A stretch of 43,663 nt of DNA, from assembly GCA_913056475.1 (NCBI GenBank), contig CAJXMS010000001.1:1-43663 (forward strand). Direction: 5' to 3'. The position numbers and the translations under genes were made by a program. Under the pieces are notes generated by a model that was given only the letters and a program-made list of their open reading frames with translations, made no database searches and had not been told where the DNA came from. The stretch's first letter is position 1, and each line of letters opens with the position of its first letter. This stretch comes from an uncultured Bacteroidota bacterium (GTDB lineage: Bacteria > Bacteroidota > Bacteroidia > Flavobacteriales > Schleiferiaceae). This document shows, one piece after another, positions 18,365 through 27,701 of this stretch.

Positions 18365-19108
18365 ATGGCCTTTACTTCTTCTCTTACCAAAAGGGCAGTG
18401 CTGCTGATATTGCTGGTGCTGCCCTTTTTGGTTTATTTCATCTTTGTCTACAACAGCGAGGAAAACTTCTTCCAAACCCTGGACTACGTAGGGCCTCCCC
18501 AGGTAACGGCGGAAGGCGATACCGTACCCTATCAAATTCCCCCTTTTGGCTTCACCAATCAGTATGATACCACCGTTACCTCCCAGGACCTAAGGGGCCA
18601 TCTGTACGTAGCCAATTTCTTCTTCACCTCCTGCCCCACGGTATGTCCGGCCATGAACTACCAGGTACAGCAAATTCAGGAGCGCTTTGAGAATTACGAA
18701 CAGTTCCGGATACTCTCTTTCTCCGTTGATCCTGCCCATGACACCCCCGCTGTCTTGCGCGATTATGCCCAAAAAATGAAAGCCCAGCCAGGCCGCTGGC
18801 ACTTTCTTACCGGCCCCAAAGACAGCATCTATAACACCGCCCCCGACTATTTTCTCAATGCCCTGGAAGATAGTACCGCCCCCGGCGGCTTTATGCACTC
18901 GCAGTACTTGGTGCTGGTAGACTGGCAGGGACGCATCCGCAGCCGACGCGACGACAGGGGCAACCTTAAAGGGGTCTATGACGGTACCAGTCAAACGGAG
19001 GTCAATAAACTAAAAGACGATATCAAGGTTTTAATAGCAGAGTACGAGAAGTGGAAGTCCGTACAGGAATATGAAGCCTCGAAAGCGGCCGAAAAAAGGA
19101 ACGAATGA
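18365..19108 (+). CDS. SCO family copper chaperone (SCO1/SenC)
   Basis: It has the FFFTSCPTVCP CxxxC motif, the downstream H of FMHS, and an N-terminal TM anchor. Confidence 0.9.
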   Translation: MAFTSSLTKRAVLLILLVLPFLVYFIFVYNSEENFFQTLDYVGPPQVTAEGDTVPYQIPPFGFTNQYDTTVTSQDLRGHLYVANFFFTSCPTVCPAMNYQVQQIQERFENYEQFRILSFSVDPAHDTPAVLRDYAQKMKAQPGRWHFLTGPKDSIYNTAPDYFLNALEDSTAPGGFMHSQYLVLVDWQGRIRSRRDDRGNLKGVYDGTSQTEVNKLKDDIKVLIAEYEKWKSVQEYEASKAAEKRNE

Positions 19109-19650
19109 CAATGACCAAGCCTGCTAATCCCGATCGTTGGGCCCTCCCGCTTATACTGACCCTTTCCATCGCGGTTCCCCTGGTGGTGGCCGTGCTGATC
19201 CTCTTCCCCGATGTTTTTAAAGCCGACCTCGGCATACACCCCGGTACCCTGCCCGCTTTCCATGCCCTCCTCAACGGGACTACCGCCGTGCTGCTTCTGG
19301 CAGGTCTTTATCTGATCTCCCAGCGCAAAATTGCCGCCCACCGCAGTGTTATGATGGCGGCCTTTGGTCTGTCGGCGGTTTTTTTAGTCTCTTATGTGAT
19401 CAGTAAAATCAATGCGGATCCCACCCCTTACGGCGGGGAAGGGTGGTTACGCCCGCTCTATTTTTTCATCCTCATCAGTCATATTTTATTAAGTGTACCC
19501 GTTCTGCCCCTGGCCATGCTCGCCATCTTCCGCGGCTATACCGGTGAGTACGGAAAGCACCGCCGCATCGTAAAGTATACCTTTCCCATTTGGCTTTACG
19601 TGGCCGTTACTGGCGTGCTGGTGTACCTTTTCATGCAGCCTTACTATTGA
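19105..19650 (+). CDS. DUF420 membrane protein
   Basis: It is a four- to five-TM protein that follows SCO with an ATGA overlap, as in other oxidase clusters. The family name is from memory. Confidence 0.75.
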   Translation: MTMTKPANPDRWALPLILTLSIAVPLVVAVLILFPDVFKADLGIHPGTLPAFHALLNGTTAVLLLAGLYLISQRKIAAHRSVMMAAFGLSAVFLVSYVISKINADPTPYGGEGWLRPLYFFILISHILLSVPVLPLAMLAIFRGYTGEYGKHRRIVKYTFPIWLYVAVTGVLVYLFMQPYY

Positions 19651-19664
19651 TTAATTTTGCCCAT

Positions 19665-19901
19665 ATGAAAATTCGTCTTGTCCATATCCTCGTCCTGTTG
19701 TTAGCCCTGGGGCTTAGCCTTCCGGCCGATGCCCAGTGCGCCATGTGCAAAGCCGTGGCCGAAACCAGCCGGGATGGAGGCAGCAGCGTGGCCGATGGCC
19801 TCAATCAGGGCATCCTCTACCTGATGGCCATCCCCTACGTCCTTATGGGGGCCGTGGGTTTTGCCCTGCATCGCCACCGAAAAAGTAAATCCATACGCTA
19901 A
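19665..19901 (+). CDS. Small membrane protein with signal peptide and CxxC motif
   Basis: MKIRLVHILVLLLALGLSLPADAQCAMCKAVAETSRDGG...C-terminal TM...HRHRKSKSIR. The tracked ORF (19590) overlaps the DUF420 gene, whereas the ATG at 19665 begins a clean signal peptide. Confidence 0.55.
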   Translation: MKIRLVHILVLLLALGLSLPADAQCAMCKAVAETSRDGGSSVADGLNQGILYLMAIPYVLMGAVGFALHRHRKSKSIR

Positions 19902-19934
19902 CGCTTTTTTAAGATTCACCCCGGGGCATTACGC

Positions 19935-19942
19935 TATATTTG
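19935..19942 (+). promoter_or_regulatory. Candidate -7 promoter box (TAnnTTTG) for the tolC-like operon
   Basis: tatatttg is the box. The tracked TTG start at 19940 is part of it, which favours the ATG at 19967. Confidence 0.35.
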
Positions 19943-19966
19943 TGCATTCTTCTACGATTGCTATTT

Positions 19967-21427
19967 ATGTCCCATTCGCATCGAGTTTTAGGTAGCCTTT
20001 TCCTCGGCCTTCTTCTACATTTGGCCTCCGGCCAAAAGAGCCCTACCCCGCCAGACAGCACCTGGACCCTGCAAGAATGTGTTACCTATGCCCAGGAGCA
20101 AAACCTGAATGTAAAGCGGACGCAGCTGCAGGCGCGCCAACGCAAAAACGACCTCCAGTCTGCCCAATGGAACTATGCCCCCAGCATCTCCGGCGGCTTT
20201 AATTATGGTTGGAATTTTGGTCTTAATATCGACCCCGTAACCAACGAAATAAGCCAGGCCAATCGCCAAACCGCTAATTTACAAGCCCAGGCCTCCTGGA
20301 ACATCTACCAGGGTGGGCGGCTCTATAACACCATCAGCCGCTCCCAGCTGGACTACCGTGCTGCCCTGGCCGATTATGAGCAGGCTCAGTATGACATAGG
20401 CCTCAATGTGGCCAGTGCTTACCTTCAGATCTTGCTCAATCAAGAAATTGCTGACGTGGCGGCCCAACAGGTGCAAAACTCACAGGCCCAGGTTCGCCGA
20501 ACCAGAAACCTCGTAGAAGCGGGCGCCGCTCCCCAGGGCGACTTGCTTCAACTGGAAGCCCAGCTGGCCCGGGATGAACAAAGCCTGGTAGAAGCACGCA
20601 ACCAGGTGCGGATCAGCGAGCTGCAACTGGCCAATATCCTACAATTGGAAGACCCACAAGACTTTGCCATCGCTGATCCTGATATTCCCATCCCCAGCAA
20701 AGCCCTGGTGAGCCGTTCTCCCGAGGGAATCTTCCAAACGGCCCTGGATAATCAACCGCAAGTAAAGGCCGCCCGCCTGCGGCAGCTTAGCAGGGAAAAA
20801 AGCATAAAAATAGCCCAGGCCGGCTATTTGCCTTCCCTTAGCCTGGTGGCCCAGGTAGGCACCAATTACTCAGACCAAATACCGGATGTGGTGGATACAC
20901 GGGAAGAACTGGTTCCCATCGGTCAGGTACAGTCCACCGGACAGCTGGTTACCACCCTCCAGCCCCAGGTCTTTCCCGTTACCGATGGAACCAAACCCCT
21001 AAACGATCAGGTAAGCGATAACGTAAACGAGTTCGTGGGCGTTAATCTCAACATCCCCATCTTTAACCGCATGACCGTGCGCAACCAGGTGCAAAATGCT
21101 GAGATTGGTAAGCGAATAGCCGACCTAAACTACCAGCAAACCGTCAATGAGCTGCGCCAAACCATCTACCAAGCCCATGCCGACGCCAAAAGTGCCTATC
21201 AAAGTTTACGGGCCGCCCGTAAATCAGAAAATGCCAGCCAAAAAGCCCTCGAATATGCCCGGGAACGGTTCGAAGTAGGGGCGCTCAATCAACTGGATTT
21301 TGAGACTGCCCGGAATAATTACACCCAGGCCCGTTCCCAGCTGCTCCAGGCTCGTTATGACTTTATTTTCCGAATGAAGGTGCTGGAGTTTTATCTAACC
21401 AATCAAGTGGTACTTCAAGATGAATAA
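19967..21427 (+). CDS. TolC family outer-membrane efflux protein
   Basis: It has a signal peptide and a two-repeat coiled-coil/beta architecture. Characteristic stretches are LQECVTYAQEQNLNVKRTQLQ and VQNAEIGKRIADLNYQQTVNELRQTIYQAHADAKSA. Confidence 0.9.
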   Translation: MSHSHRVLGSLFLGLLLHLASGQKSPTPPDSTWTLQECVTYAQEQNLNVKRTQLQARQRKNDLQSAQWNYAPSISGGFNYGWNFGLNIDPVTNEISQANRQTANLQAQASWNIYQGGRLYNTISRSQLDYRAALADYEQAQYDIGLNVASAYLQILLNQEIADVAAQQVQNSQAQVRRTRNLVEAGAAPQGDLLQLEAQLARDEQSLVEARNQVRISELQLANILQLEDPQDFAIADPDIPIPSKALVSRSPEGIFQTALDNQPQVKAARLRQLSREKSIKIAQAGYLPSLSLVAQVGTNYSDQIPDVVDTREELVPIGQVQSTGQLVTTLQPQVFPVTDGTKPLNDQVSDNVNEFVGVNLNIPIFNRMTVRNQVQNAEIGKRIADLNYQQTVNELRQTIYQAHADAKSAYQSLRAARKSENASQKALEYARERFEVGALNQLDFETARNNYTQARSQLLQARYDFIFRMKVLEFYLTNQVVLQDE

Positions 21428-22709
21428 GAAACTAAAAATAGGCCTCCTCATAGGCATCCCCGTGCTGGTTTTACTGGTGGTGGCCAAAAAGCAAGGGTGG
21501 ATAGGGCAAGCCGAAGGCTTGTCTGTAGAAACCTTCCAAGTGAAGAGGCAAAACATCACCCAGACCGTTTTGGCCAGCGGTAAGATCCAACCGGAAGTGG
21601 AAGTGAAAATCAGTGCGGAAGTGTCCGGTGAGATCATTGCTTTACCCGTGGTAGAGGGCCAAAGGGTGGAAAAAGGCGACCTGCTGGTTAAGATCAACCC
21701 CGACCTTTTTCAGGCCGCCGTCAATCGGACGCAGGCCGCCGTAAACTCGGCCCTGGCCTCCAAAGCCTCTGCCGAAGCCCAGCTGCTGGAGGCGGAAAAA
21801 AACTTTAAACGCAACAAAAAACTCCATCAAAAAAACGTCATCAGCGATGCTGAATTTGACGCATCCCAGCGGGCTTACGATGTGGCCCGCCTGGGTGTCA
21901 AAAGCGCCCGCTATCAGCTCGAAAGTGCCCGGGCCAGCCTTAAAGAAGCGCAAGACAATCTGGAGCGCACCACCATTTACGCCCCCCAGGCCGGAACTGT
22001 TACCCTGCTGAATTCTGAGGTAGGGGAGCGCGTGGTAGGTACCGCCCAAATGGCGGGGACGGAGATCATGCGCGTTTCTGACCTGGAAAATATGGAAGTG
22101 GTGGTGCAGGTAAACGAAAACGACATCATCCGTCTGGAGAAAAACGATACGGCCCGTATTGAAGTAGATGCCTACCTGGATAAAACCTTTAAGGGTGTGG
22201 TTACGGAAATAGCCAACTCCGCCAACCTGCAGACCACCAGCGTGGATCAGGTAACCAACTACGAAGTGAAGGTGCGCATCTTACCTACTTCCTACCGTGC
22301 TATGCTCAAGGGAGGCCAGCAGTCTCCTTTCCGGCCCGGCATGACTGCCTCCGTAGAGATCATCACTCAGCGCAAAGACGATGTCCTGGCCGTACCCGTG
22401 GCGGCCGTCACCACCCGCACCGATACCGCGGATGGCAAGCGCTTCGATGCTTCCTCGCTCGGGGAAGAGGAAGAAGTGGATGAGGTATTTGAGGTGGTTT
22501 TCCTACGAGACGGCAATAAGGCCCGCCTGCAGGTAGTGACCACCGGCATCCAGGACCAGGACTTCATCGAGGTAAAAAAGGGCCTCGAAGAAGGGCAAAC
22601 CATCATCAGCGGCCCTTACAGCGCCGTGAGCCGTGAGCTGAGAGACGGAAAAGATATTGAGGTTAAAGAAGAGGATGCTACGCCAAAAAATGCAGAAGAA
22701 GATAATTAA
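21420..22709 (+). CDS. Efflux transporter periplasmic adaptor subunit (HlyD/MFP, MacA-like)
   Basis: It has an N-terminal anchor, a lipoyl/barrel motif (ISAEVSGEIIALPVVEGQRVEKGDLLVKI), a coiled-coil hairpin and TTIYAPQAGTV. Its start overlaps the tolC stop by 8 nt. Confidence 0.9.
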   Translation: MNKKLKIGLLIGIPVLVLLVVAKKQGWIGQAEGLSVETFQVKRQNITQTVLASGKIQPEVEVKISAEVSGEIIALPVVEGQRVEKGDLLVKINPDLFQAAVNRTQAAVNSALASKASAEAQLLEAEKNFKRNKKLHQKNVISDAEFDASQRAYDVARLGVKSARYQLESARASLKEAQDNLERTTIYAPQAGTVTLLNSEVGERVVGTAQMAGTEIMRVSDLENMEVVVQVNENDIIRLEKNDTARIEVDAYLDKTFKGVVTEIANSANLQTTSVDQVTNYEVKVRILPTSYRAMLKGGQQSPFRPGMTASVEIITQRKDDVLAVPVAAVTTRTDTADGKRFDASSLGEEEEVDEVFEVVFLRDGNKARLQVVTTGIQDQDFIEVKKGLEEGQTIISGPYSAVSRELRDGKDIEVKEEDATPKNAEEDN

Positions 22710-22756
22710 CGCCGTCCTTGCCTTTACTTTTTAAAGAGCCCGTTTAAGACGTTCCG

Positions 22757-22780
22757 GCCGGCTTCCTTCGGCGGCTTTTT
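22757..22780 (+). terminator. Probable rho-independent terminator
   Basis: gccggcttccttcggcggc forms an imperfect GC stem and is followed by ttttt. Confidence 0.55.
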
Positions 22781-22800
22781 CCGGTTTAATCCCTTTTGCT

Positions 22801-23505
22801 ATGCTCCTCGCGCTGGAAACTTCCACCAAAACCTGTTCCGTAGCCCTGGCGGATGACGCCGGTCGCATACTGTCCGAACGGCGGGAGCGAAGCGAGCAAT
22901 ATATTCATTCCGAAAAACTGCACCTTTTTATGCAGGCCGTCCTAAGGGAGGCGGGCGTTAAGCCAAAACAACTGTCTGCCGTAGCCGTGGGGCGGGGCCC
23001 CGGTTCCTACACGGGCTTGCGTATAGGCGTGGCCGCGGCCAAGGGCCTTTGCTGGCCCCTGGGTTTGCCCCTTTACAGTGCCACCAGTCTTTTCTTACTG
23101 GCTCAGGCCGGCCGTGAGGAAAGCTCCCTAAAAGTAAACGCAGAAGATCGCCTGCTGCCTATGCTGGATGCCCGGCGCCAGGAGGTATACCTGGCCGGGT
23201 ACGATGGCCAGGGACGGGAAATAGCCCCTGTTCAGGCCCGGATCATGGAGCCGCATAGTCTTCAAGAATGGCGCCAGCCTACCGGGCGCCTTATCTTGTT
23301 GGGAGATGGGGTGGCCAAGTTTCGCCAGTGGTATCAGCAGGACAAGGTGCTGCTCAAACCCCATTTCGATCCCCAGGCTGCCACGCTGGCCAGCTATATC
23401 AGCCGCAATCGCTCCCTGCTGCAAGCGGAAGATTTGGCCTATTTCGAGCCCTTTTACCTGAAAGATTTCATGGCCGGGAAACCCCGTGATCTTTTACGCC
23501 GCTAA
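22801..23505 (+). CDS. tsaB: tRNA t6A37 threonylcarbamoyl transfer protein TsaB
   Basis: Motifs are MLLALETSTKTCSVALAD and GRGPGSYTGLRIGVAAAKGL. Confidence 0.9.
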   Translation: MLLALETSTKTCSVALADDAGRILSERRERSEQYIHSEKLHLFMQAVLREAGVKPKQLSAVAVGRGPGSYTGLRIGVAAAKGLCWPLGLPLYSATSLFLLAQAGREESSLKVNAEDRLLPMLDARRQEVYLAGYDGQGREIAPVQARIMEPHSLQEWRQPTGRLILLGDGVAKFRQWYQQDKVLLKPHFDPQAATLASYISRNRSLLQAEDLAYFEPFYLKDFMAGKPRDLLRR

Positions 23506-23509
23506 AGGC

Positions 23510-24523
23510 TCACAGGTACCAGTAATCAAAGCCTTCCCGGTAGCCCTTCTCTTCCAAAAAGGTATTTAAAGCCACCCGCTGCGGCAGGGGAGGGTACACG
23601 GCTACCAGCACTTGCCCCCCCGCTTCAAGGGCTTCCAGCGGGAGGAGGGAATGATCCTGCACTTTCCGGCGCGCTCCTCCCGCCTGATAAGGATACCGAT
23701 CCAACCACCGAAAAGATACGTCCCGGGCCTTTAATACCCGCGCGGCCCATTTTCCCTTCTGGCCCGCCCCCAGAAGGTACAGTCTCTTTTGGGGGCTCCA
23801 GTCTAATTGAGTAAATCGGGTAACTTTAAGTTGGAAAAAACTGCCTTGTTGGTAGTAAGAGCTACGGCGAGAAGTTCGCTCGGAGTGCTCCCGCCAGTAA
23901 AGCGTCACTTCGGGCAAGGCCTTAAGCCTAAAGCCCCGCCGGTACCAGCGAAACACCAGGTCGTAATCCTCCGGATACTGGAGGCCTCGAAAGCCACCTA
24001 TCCGGGCTAATTCTCTTCTGCGCATGAGCCAGTTGGGCGAGGCTACCAGGCACTCGCGGTATACCTGACGCCAGGCGCGGCGGTTCCTCAAGTTGGCGTT
24101 CAGCCAGGCCTCATAACGGCGGTAGCCGGGACTCACCGAGCCCGCAGCTGAGAAATAGCGCACCGCGCCACTTACGACGGTGTTCCTTTCTCCCTCTTGG
24201 AGCGCTGCCAGCATTTGCGCCAGGCGCTCTTTAGGCAGTTTATCATCGCCATCCAGCCTCCCCAGCGCCCAGCCTCGGGCGTTAAGGCGTCCTGTTTCCA
24301 GGGCTTGTATTATGCCCCGTCCCCGGTTTTCGAGCACCCGCAGGCGCCCATCGTGGTCGGCTGCCTCCCGGGCCAGCCGGCTTGTCTCGCTGTCTGCCCG
24401 GTCCAGTATCATGAGCAGCTCCCATTGCATTAAAGTTTGCTCCTGGAGGCTATCCAGCATGGCCGGTAGAAAGCGGGCCGCGTAGCGCAGCGGCATCACC
24501 AGGCTTACCAGGGGCTCATTCAT
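23510..24523 (-). CDS. Glycosyltransferase family 2 protein
   Basis: VSLVMPLRYAARFLPAMLDSLQEQT and the DxD-like RLDGDD indicate a GT-A fold. Its start overlaps the upstream gene stop by 8 nt. Confidence 0.8.
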   Translation of the reverse strand: MNEPLVSLVMPLRYAARFLPAMLDSLQEQTLMQWELLMILDRADSETSRLAREAADHDGRLRVLENRGRGIIQALETGRLNARGWALGRLDGDDKLPKERLAQMLAALQEGERNTVVSGAVRYFSAAGSVSPGYRRYEAWLNANLRNRRAWRQVYRECLVASPNWLMRRRELARIGGFRGLQYPEDYDLVFRWYRRGFRLKALPEVTLYWREHSERTSRRSSYYQQGSFFQLKVTRFTQLDWSPQKRLYLLGAGQKGKWAARVLKARDVSFRWLDRYPYQAGGARRKVQDHSLLPLEALEAGGQVLVAVYPPLPQRVALNTFLEEKGYREGFDYWYL

Positions 24524-26684
24524 CAGCCTTCTTCCAGCGGGAACGGAGCTGCTCCACCGCTGCTGCGGGCTCCGTTACCGGCAGTTTACAAGCCCCCAGC
24601 TGACAGACGTACAGGCGGGTTCGTTCCGCATCGAATCGCCCTTGGTGTAGGGGGTATTCACTGGGCTGGGTACTGGCAGATATGAGGCAGTGAGGCAAGT
24701 AATAGGATCCCAGGGCCAGGAGTTTTTCCATGGCTTCCGGCCCCGTTATGGCTATTTCGTAATGCGGCGCCTGATAATTCAGCAGCAAATCTCCCCAGGC
24801 ATAATAGCTTTCGGGATGTTGGCGGAGTTGGGGCACCAGGGCCGCCAGCATACTTTCTGCTTCTTTCCGGTCCTTTTGCTCCCCCCGGTAATGGCTCAGC
24901 CGGTAGAGGTTTTGGGCCATTACGGCATTGGCGCTGGGTATTACGTTGTCGCTCGTTTCCTGGCTTCTCGCTATCAGGGTGTTGTCTTCTTTCGGGCGGA
25001 TGTCGTAGAATCCGTTTTCCGCCCGGAAGTTTTCTTGGGCCCGCTGCACCCAGCGGTGGGCTTGCTCCAGGTATGCTTCCTTCCCCGTCACCTCGTACAG
25101 GTCCAGCCAGGCGGCACTGGCCTGGGCATAGTCTTCCAGCAGCCCCTCTACGGAGGCTTTTCCATGGCGGTAGGTGTGCCACAGGCGGTCGTTTTCCCGC
25201 ATTTGCTGCTCTTTTATCCAGCGGGCGCAGTCCTCCGCTTTTGCCAGGTAGGCCTGGCGGCCAAATGTGCGGTAGGCCGCTACCAAGCCCTGGATCAGAA
25301 GGGCATTCCAGCTGGTAAGCTGCTTATCGTCGGTGGCCGGCCGGCTTCGCTCTTCCCGGGCGGCTAAAAGCTTATGGCGCCACTTATCAACCTGCGAATA
25401 CAACTCCTCCAGCGAGAGGTTATGCGCTTTGGCAAAGGCTTCATCCGTTTGCCCCCGCCAGAGAATGTACTGTTCGTCTTCCCAATAGCCGCGTTCATTT
25501 ACTTGGTAATAGGCGGCAAAAAGGGGCCATTCCGCCTCCGGGATATGCTGCTGGAGTTCATCCTTGGTCCAGGTGTAAAAGCGACCCTCTCCGCCCGGGC
25601 TGTCGGCATCCAGGGCCGCGTAATAACCTCCCTGGGGGCCCGCCATTTCTCGTTCCAAAAACGCCACGGTTTGCTCTACCGTGCGCTGGTAGTTGGCCTT
25701 GGGCCTATGCCGGTGGGCCAGGGCAAAAAGCTTGAGCAGCTGGGCATTGTCGTAAAGCATTTTTTCAAAGTGGGGTACCTTCCAGAGGCTGTCGGTGCTG
25801 TAACGGGCAAAACCACCACCTACCTGATCGTAGATGCCTCCTTGGGCCAGGTGCTCCAGGGTACGGTGCGCCTGTTCGGTAGCGCCCTCGTGTCCGAGCG
25901 TAAAGCCCAGCCGGAGTAAAAACTGCTGGGCCCCGGGCAGGGGGAATTTGGGAGCCCCTTCTCTGCCCCCAAAGTGCACATCCCAGTTCTTTTGCCAGCC
26001 CGCCACCAGCGCATCGAGCGCTACCGGAGGTAGGGCCGTATCCTGGCTGGTTTCTACCAGAGACACCTGCTGGATACCCCTTTGTAGTTTTTGGGCGTAT
26101 TCCTCCATCTTAGTGGGGTCTTCTTTGTACAAGGCGCTGAGCTGCTTGAGCACCTGAAGCCACTGTTCGCGGGGAACGTAAGTGGCCCCCCAAACCGGAC
26201 GCCCATCCGGCAGGGCCACCACATTGAGCGGCCAGCCTCCCCGTTGGGTCATAAGTTGTACGGCGGTCATGTATACATCGTCTACATCGGGGCGCTCCTC
26301 CCGGTCTACTTTGATGGGCACAAAGTGCTCATTCATTACCGCGGCTACGCTGGTATCCTCGAAGCTTTCGTGCTCCATTACATGGCACCAGTGGCAGCTG
26401 CTGTAGCCGATGCTGATGATGAGCAATTTATCGACCTCCCGGGCGGCTTCGAGCACGGTAGTATCCCAGGGCTGCCAGTAAACGGGATTGTCGGCGTGCT
26501 GCAGCAAATAGGGGTTATTGGATTGATCCAGGCGGTTTTGTTGGAGTGGGTCCGTAGGCGCATTTTCCATAATATCGACATTGGTTTGGCCGCAGCCCGC
26601 CCCCATTAGGCCAAAAATGAGCACCAGCCGGCCCAGGAGGGCATCGGTGGATACAAAGGGGGCAAGGAGGCGGCAGCTAAACAT
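24516..26684 (-). CDS. Thioredoxin-domain (DUF255/YyaL-like) protein, probable lipoprotein
   Basis: NPVYWQPWD...ISIGYSSCHWCHVMEHESFED is the N-terminal thioredoxin-like domain, followed by a six-hairpin glycosidase-like domain. A lipobox-like LMGAGC is present. Confidence 0.9.
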   Translation of the reverse strand: MFSCRLLAPFVSTDALLGRLVLIFGLMGAGCGQTNVDIMENAPTDPLQQNRLDQSNNPYLLQHADNPVYWQPWDTTVLEAAREVDKLLIISIGYSSCHWCHVMEHESFEDTSVAAVMNEHFVPIKVDREERPDVDDVYMTAVQLMTQRGGWPLNVVALPDGRPVWGATYVPREQWLQVLKQLSALYKEDPTKMEEYAQKLQRGIQQVSLVETSQDTALPPVALDALVAGWQKNWDVHFGGREGAPKFPLPGAQQFLLRLGFTLGHEGATEQAHRTLEHLAQGGIYDQVGGGFARYSTDSLWKVPHFEKMLYDNAQLLKLFALAHRHRPKANYQRTVEQTVAFLEREMAGPQGGYYAALDADSPGGEGRFYTWTKDELQQHIPEAEWPLFAAYYQVNERGYWEDEQYILWRGQTDEAFAKAHNLSLEELYSQVDKWRHKLLAAREERSRPATDDKQLTSWNALLIQGLVAAYRTFGRQAYLAKAEDCARWIKEQQMRENDRLWHTYRHGKASVEGLLEDYAQASAAWLDLYEVTGKEAYLEQAHRWVQRAQENFRAENGFYDIRPKEDNTLIARSQETSDNVIPSANAVMAQNLYRLSHYRGEQKDRKEAESMLAALVPQLRQHPESYYAWGDLLLNYQAPHYEIAITGPEAMEKLLALGSYYLPHCLISASTQPSEYPLHQGRFDAERTRLYVCQLGACKLPVTEPAAAVEQLRSRWKKADE

Positions 26685-26738
26685 TAGGGTTACAAATTTC
26701 CGAAACGCAATTGGAGGGGCCTATCGTAGATTTGAGCC

Positions 26739-27701
26739 ATGATGCAGGCTCAACTAAAATTGCCATCTCCCCTCCAGTACCTGGATACGTGGCAGGGCGT
26801 GGAGATTTGGGTAAAGCGGGACGATCAAATCCATCCGGTGGTAAGCGGCAATAAGGGGCGTAAGCTGCGCTATTTTGCCGAACAGGCGCGCCGCGAGGGA
26901 GCACAGGAGCTCCTGACTTTCGGCGGAGCTTATTCCAACCACCTGGCTGCTACCGCTTACCTGGGCCGGGCACTGGGCCTTGCTACGGCCGGGCTGGTGC
27001 GGGGGGAAGAGGTGACGCATAACCCCACGCTGGATTATTGTCGGCGGCAGGGCATGCGCCTGCTCCCCCTAAAACGCAGCGATTACGCCCTCAAAGACGA
27101 CCCCACTTTTTTAGAAGGGCTGCGCGAATGGGCACCCCAGGCCCTGGTGATTCCGGAAGGCGGAAAAGGCGCCCTGGGCGTAAAAGGCGTACGCGCGTTA
27201 TATGAGGAGCTAGAAAGGCCCCACTATTTTACCGACGTAGCCGTGTGCGCGGGGACGGGTACCACCGCAGCGGGATTGCTCATGGCTCCCTGGGCCGTTC
27301 CTCTCTGGGTTTTTCCTGCTTTAAAGGGAGGCTTATTTTTGCAAAAAGCGATCGCCTCCTGGGCCTATGCTTACGAAGAGAAAGTAGCAGGGCCTCAGAA
27401 AGCCGGCCAGAAACTGCGGCAACAGCTGCAGCTGGTGACCGACTACCACTTGGGCGGCTACGCCCGTGTGAATGATGCCTTAATTGCCTTTATGAACGAT
27501 TTTTACCAAAAATACCGGGTCCCCCTGGATCCCGTGTACACCGGTAAACTTTTTTTTGGTTTAAGTGACCTTCTTAATTCTGGCCGTTGGCAAGGCGGGC
27601 AGCGCCTGCTGGTGATCCATACCGGGGGGCTACAAGGTATTCAAGGTATAAATGAACAACGCGCCCGGAAGGGCCAATCTCTCCTCAACTATGAAGCATA
27701 A
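26739..27701 (+). CDS. PLP-dependent ACC deaminase / D-cysteine desulfhydrase family protein
   Basis: KRDDQIHPVVSGNKGRKLRYF carries the PLP-lysine motif of this family. GAYSNHLAATA is also present. Confidence 0.85.
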   Translation: MMQAQLKLPSPLQYLDTWQGVEIWVKRDDQIHPVVSGNKGRKLRYFAEQARREGAQELLTFGGAYSNHLAATAYLGRALGLATAGLVRGEEVTHNPTLDYCRRQGMRLLPLKRSDYALKDDPTFLEGLREWAPQALVIPEGGKGALGVKGVRALYEELERPHYFTDVAVCAGTGTTAAGLLMAPWAVPLWVFPALKGGLFLQKAIASWAYAYEEKVAGPQKAGQKLRQQLQLVTDYHLGGYARVNDALIAFMNDFYQKYRVPLDPVYTGKLFFGLSDLLNSGRWQGGQRLLVIHTGGLQGIQGINEQRARKGQSLLNYEA

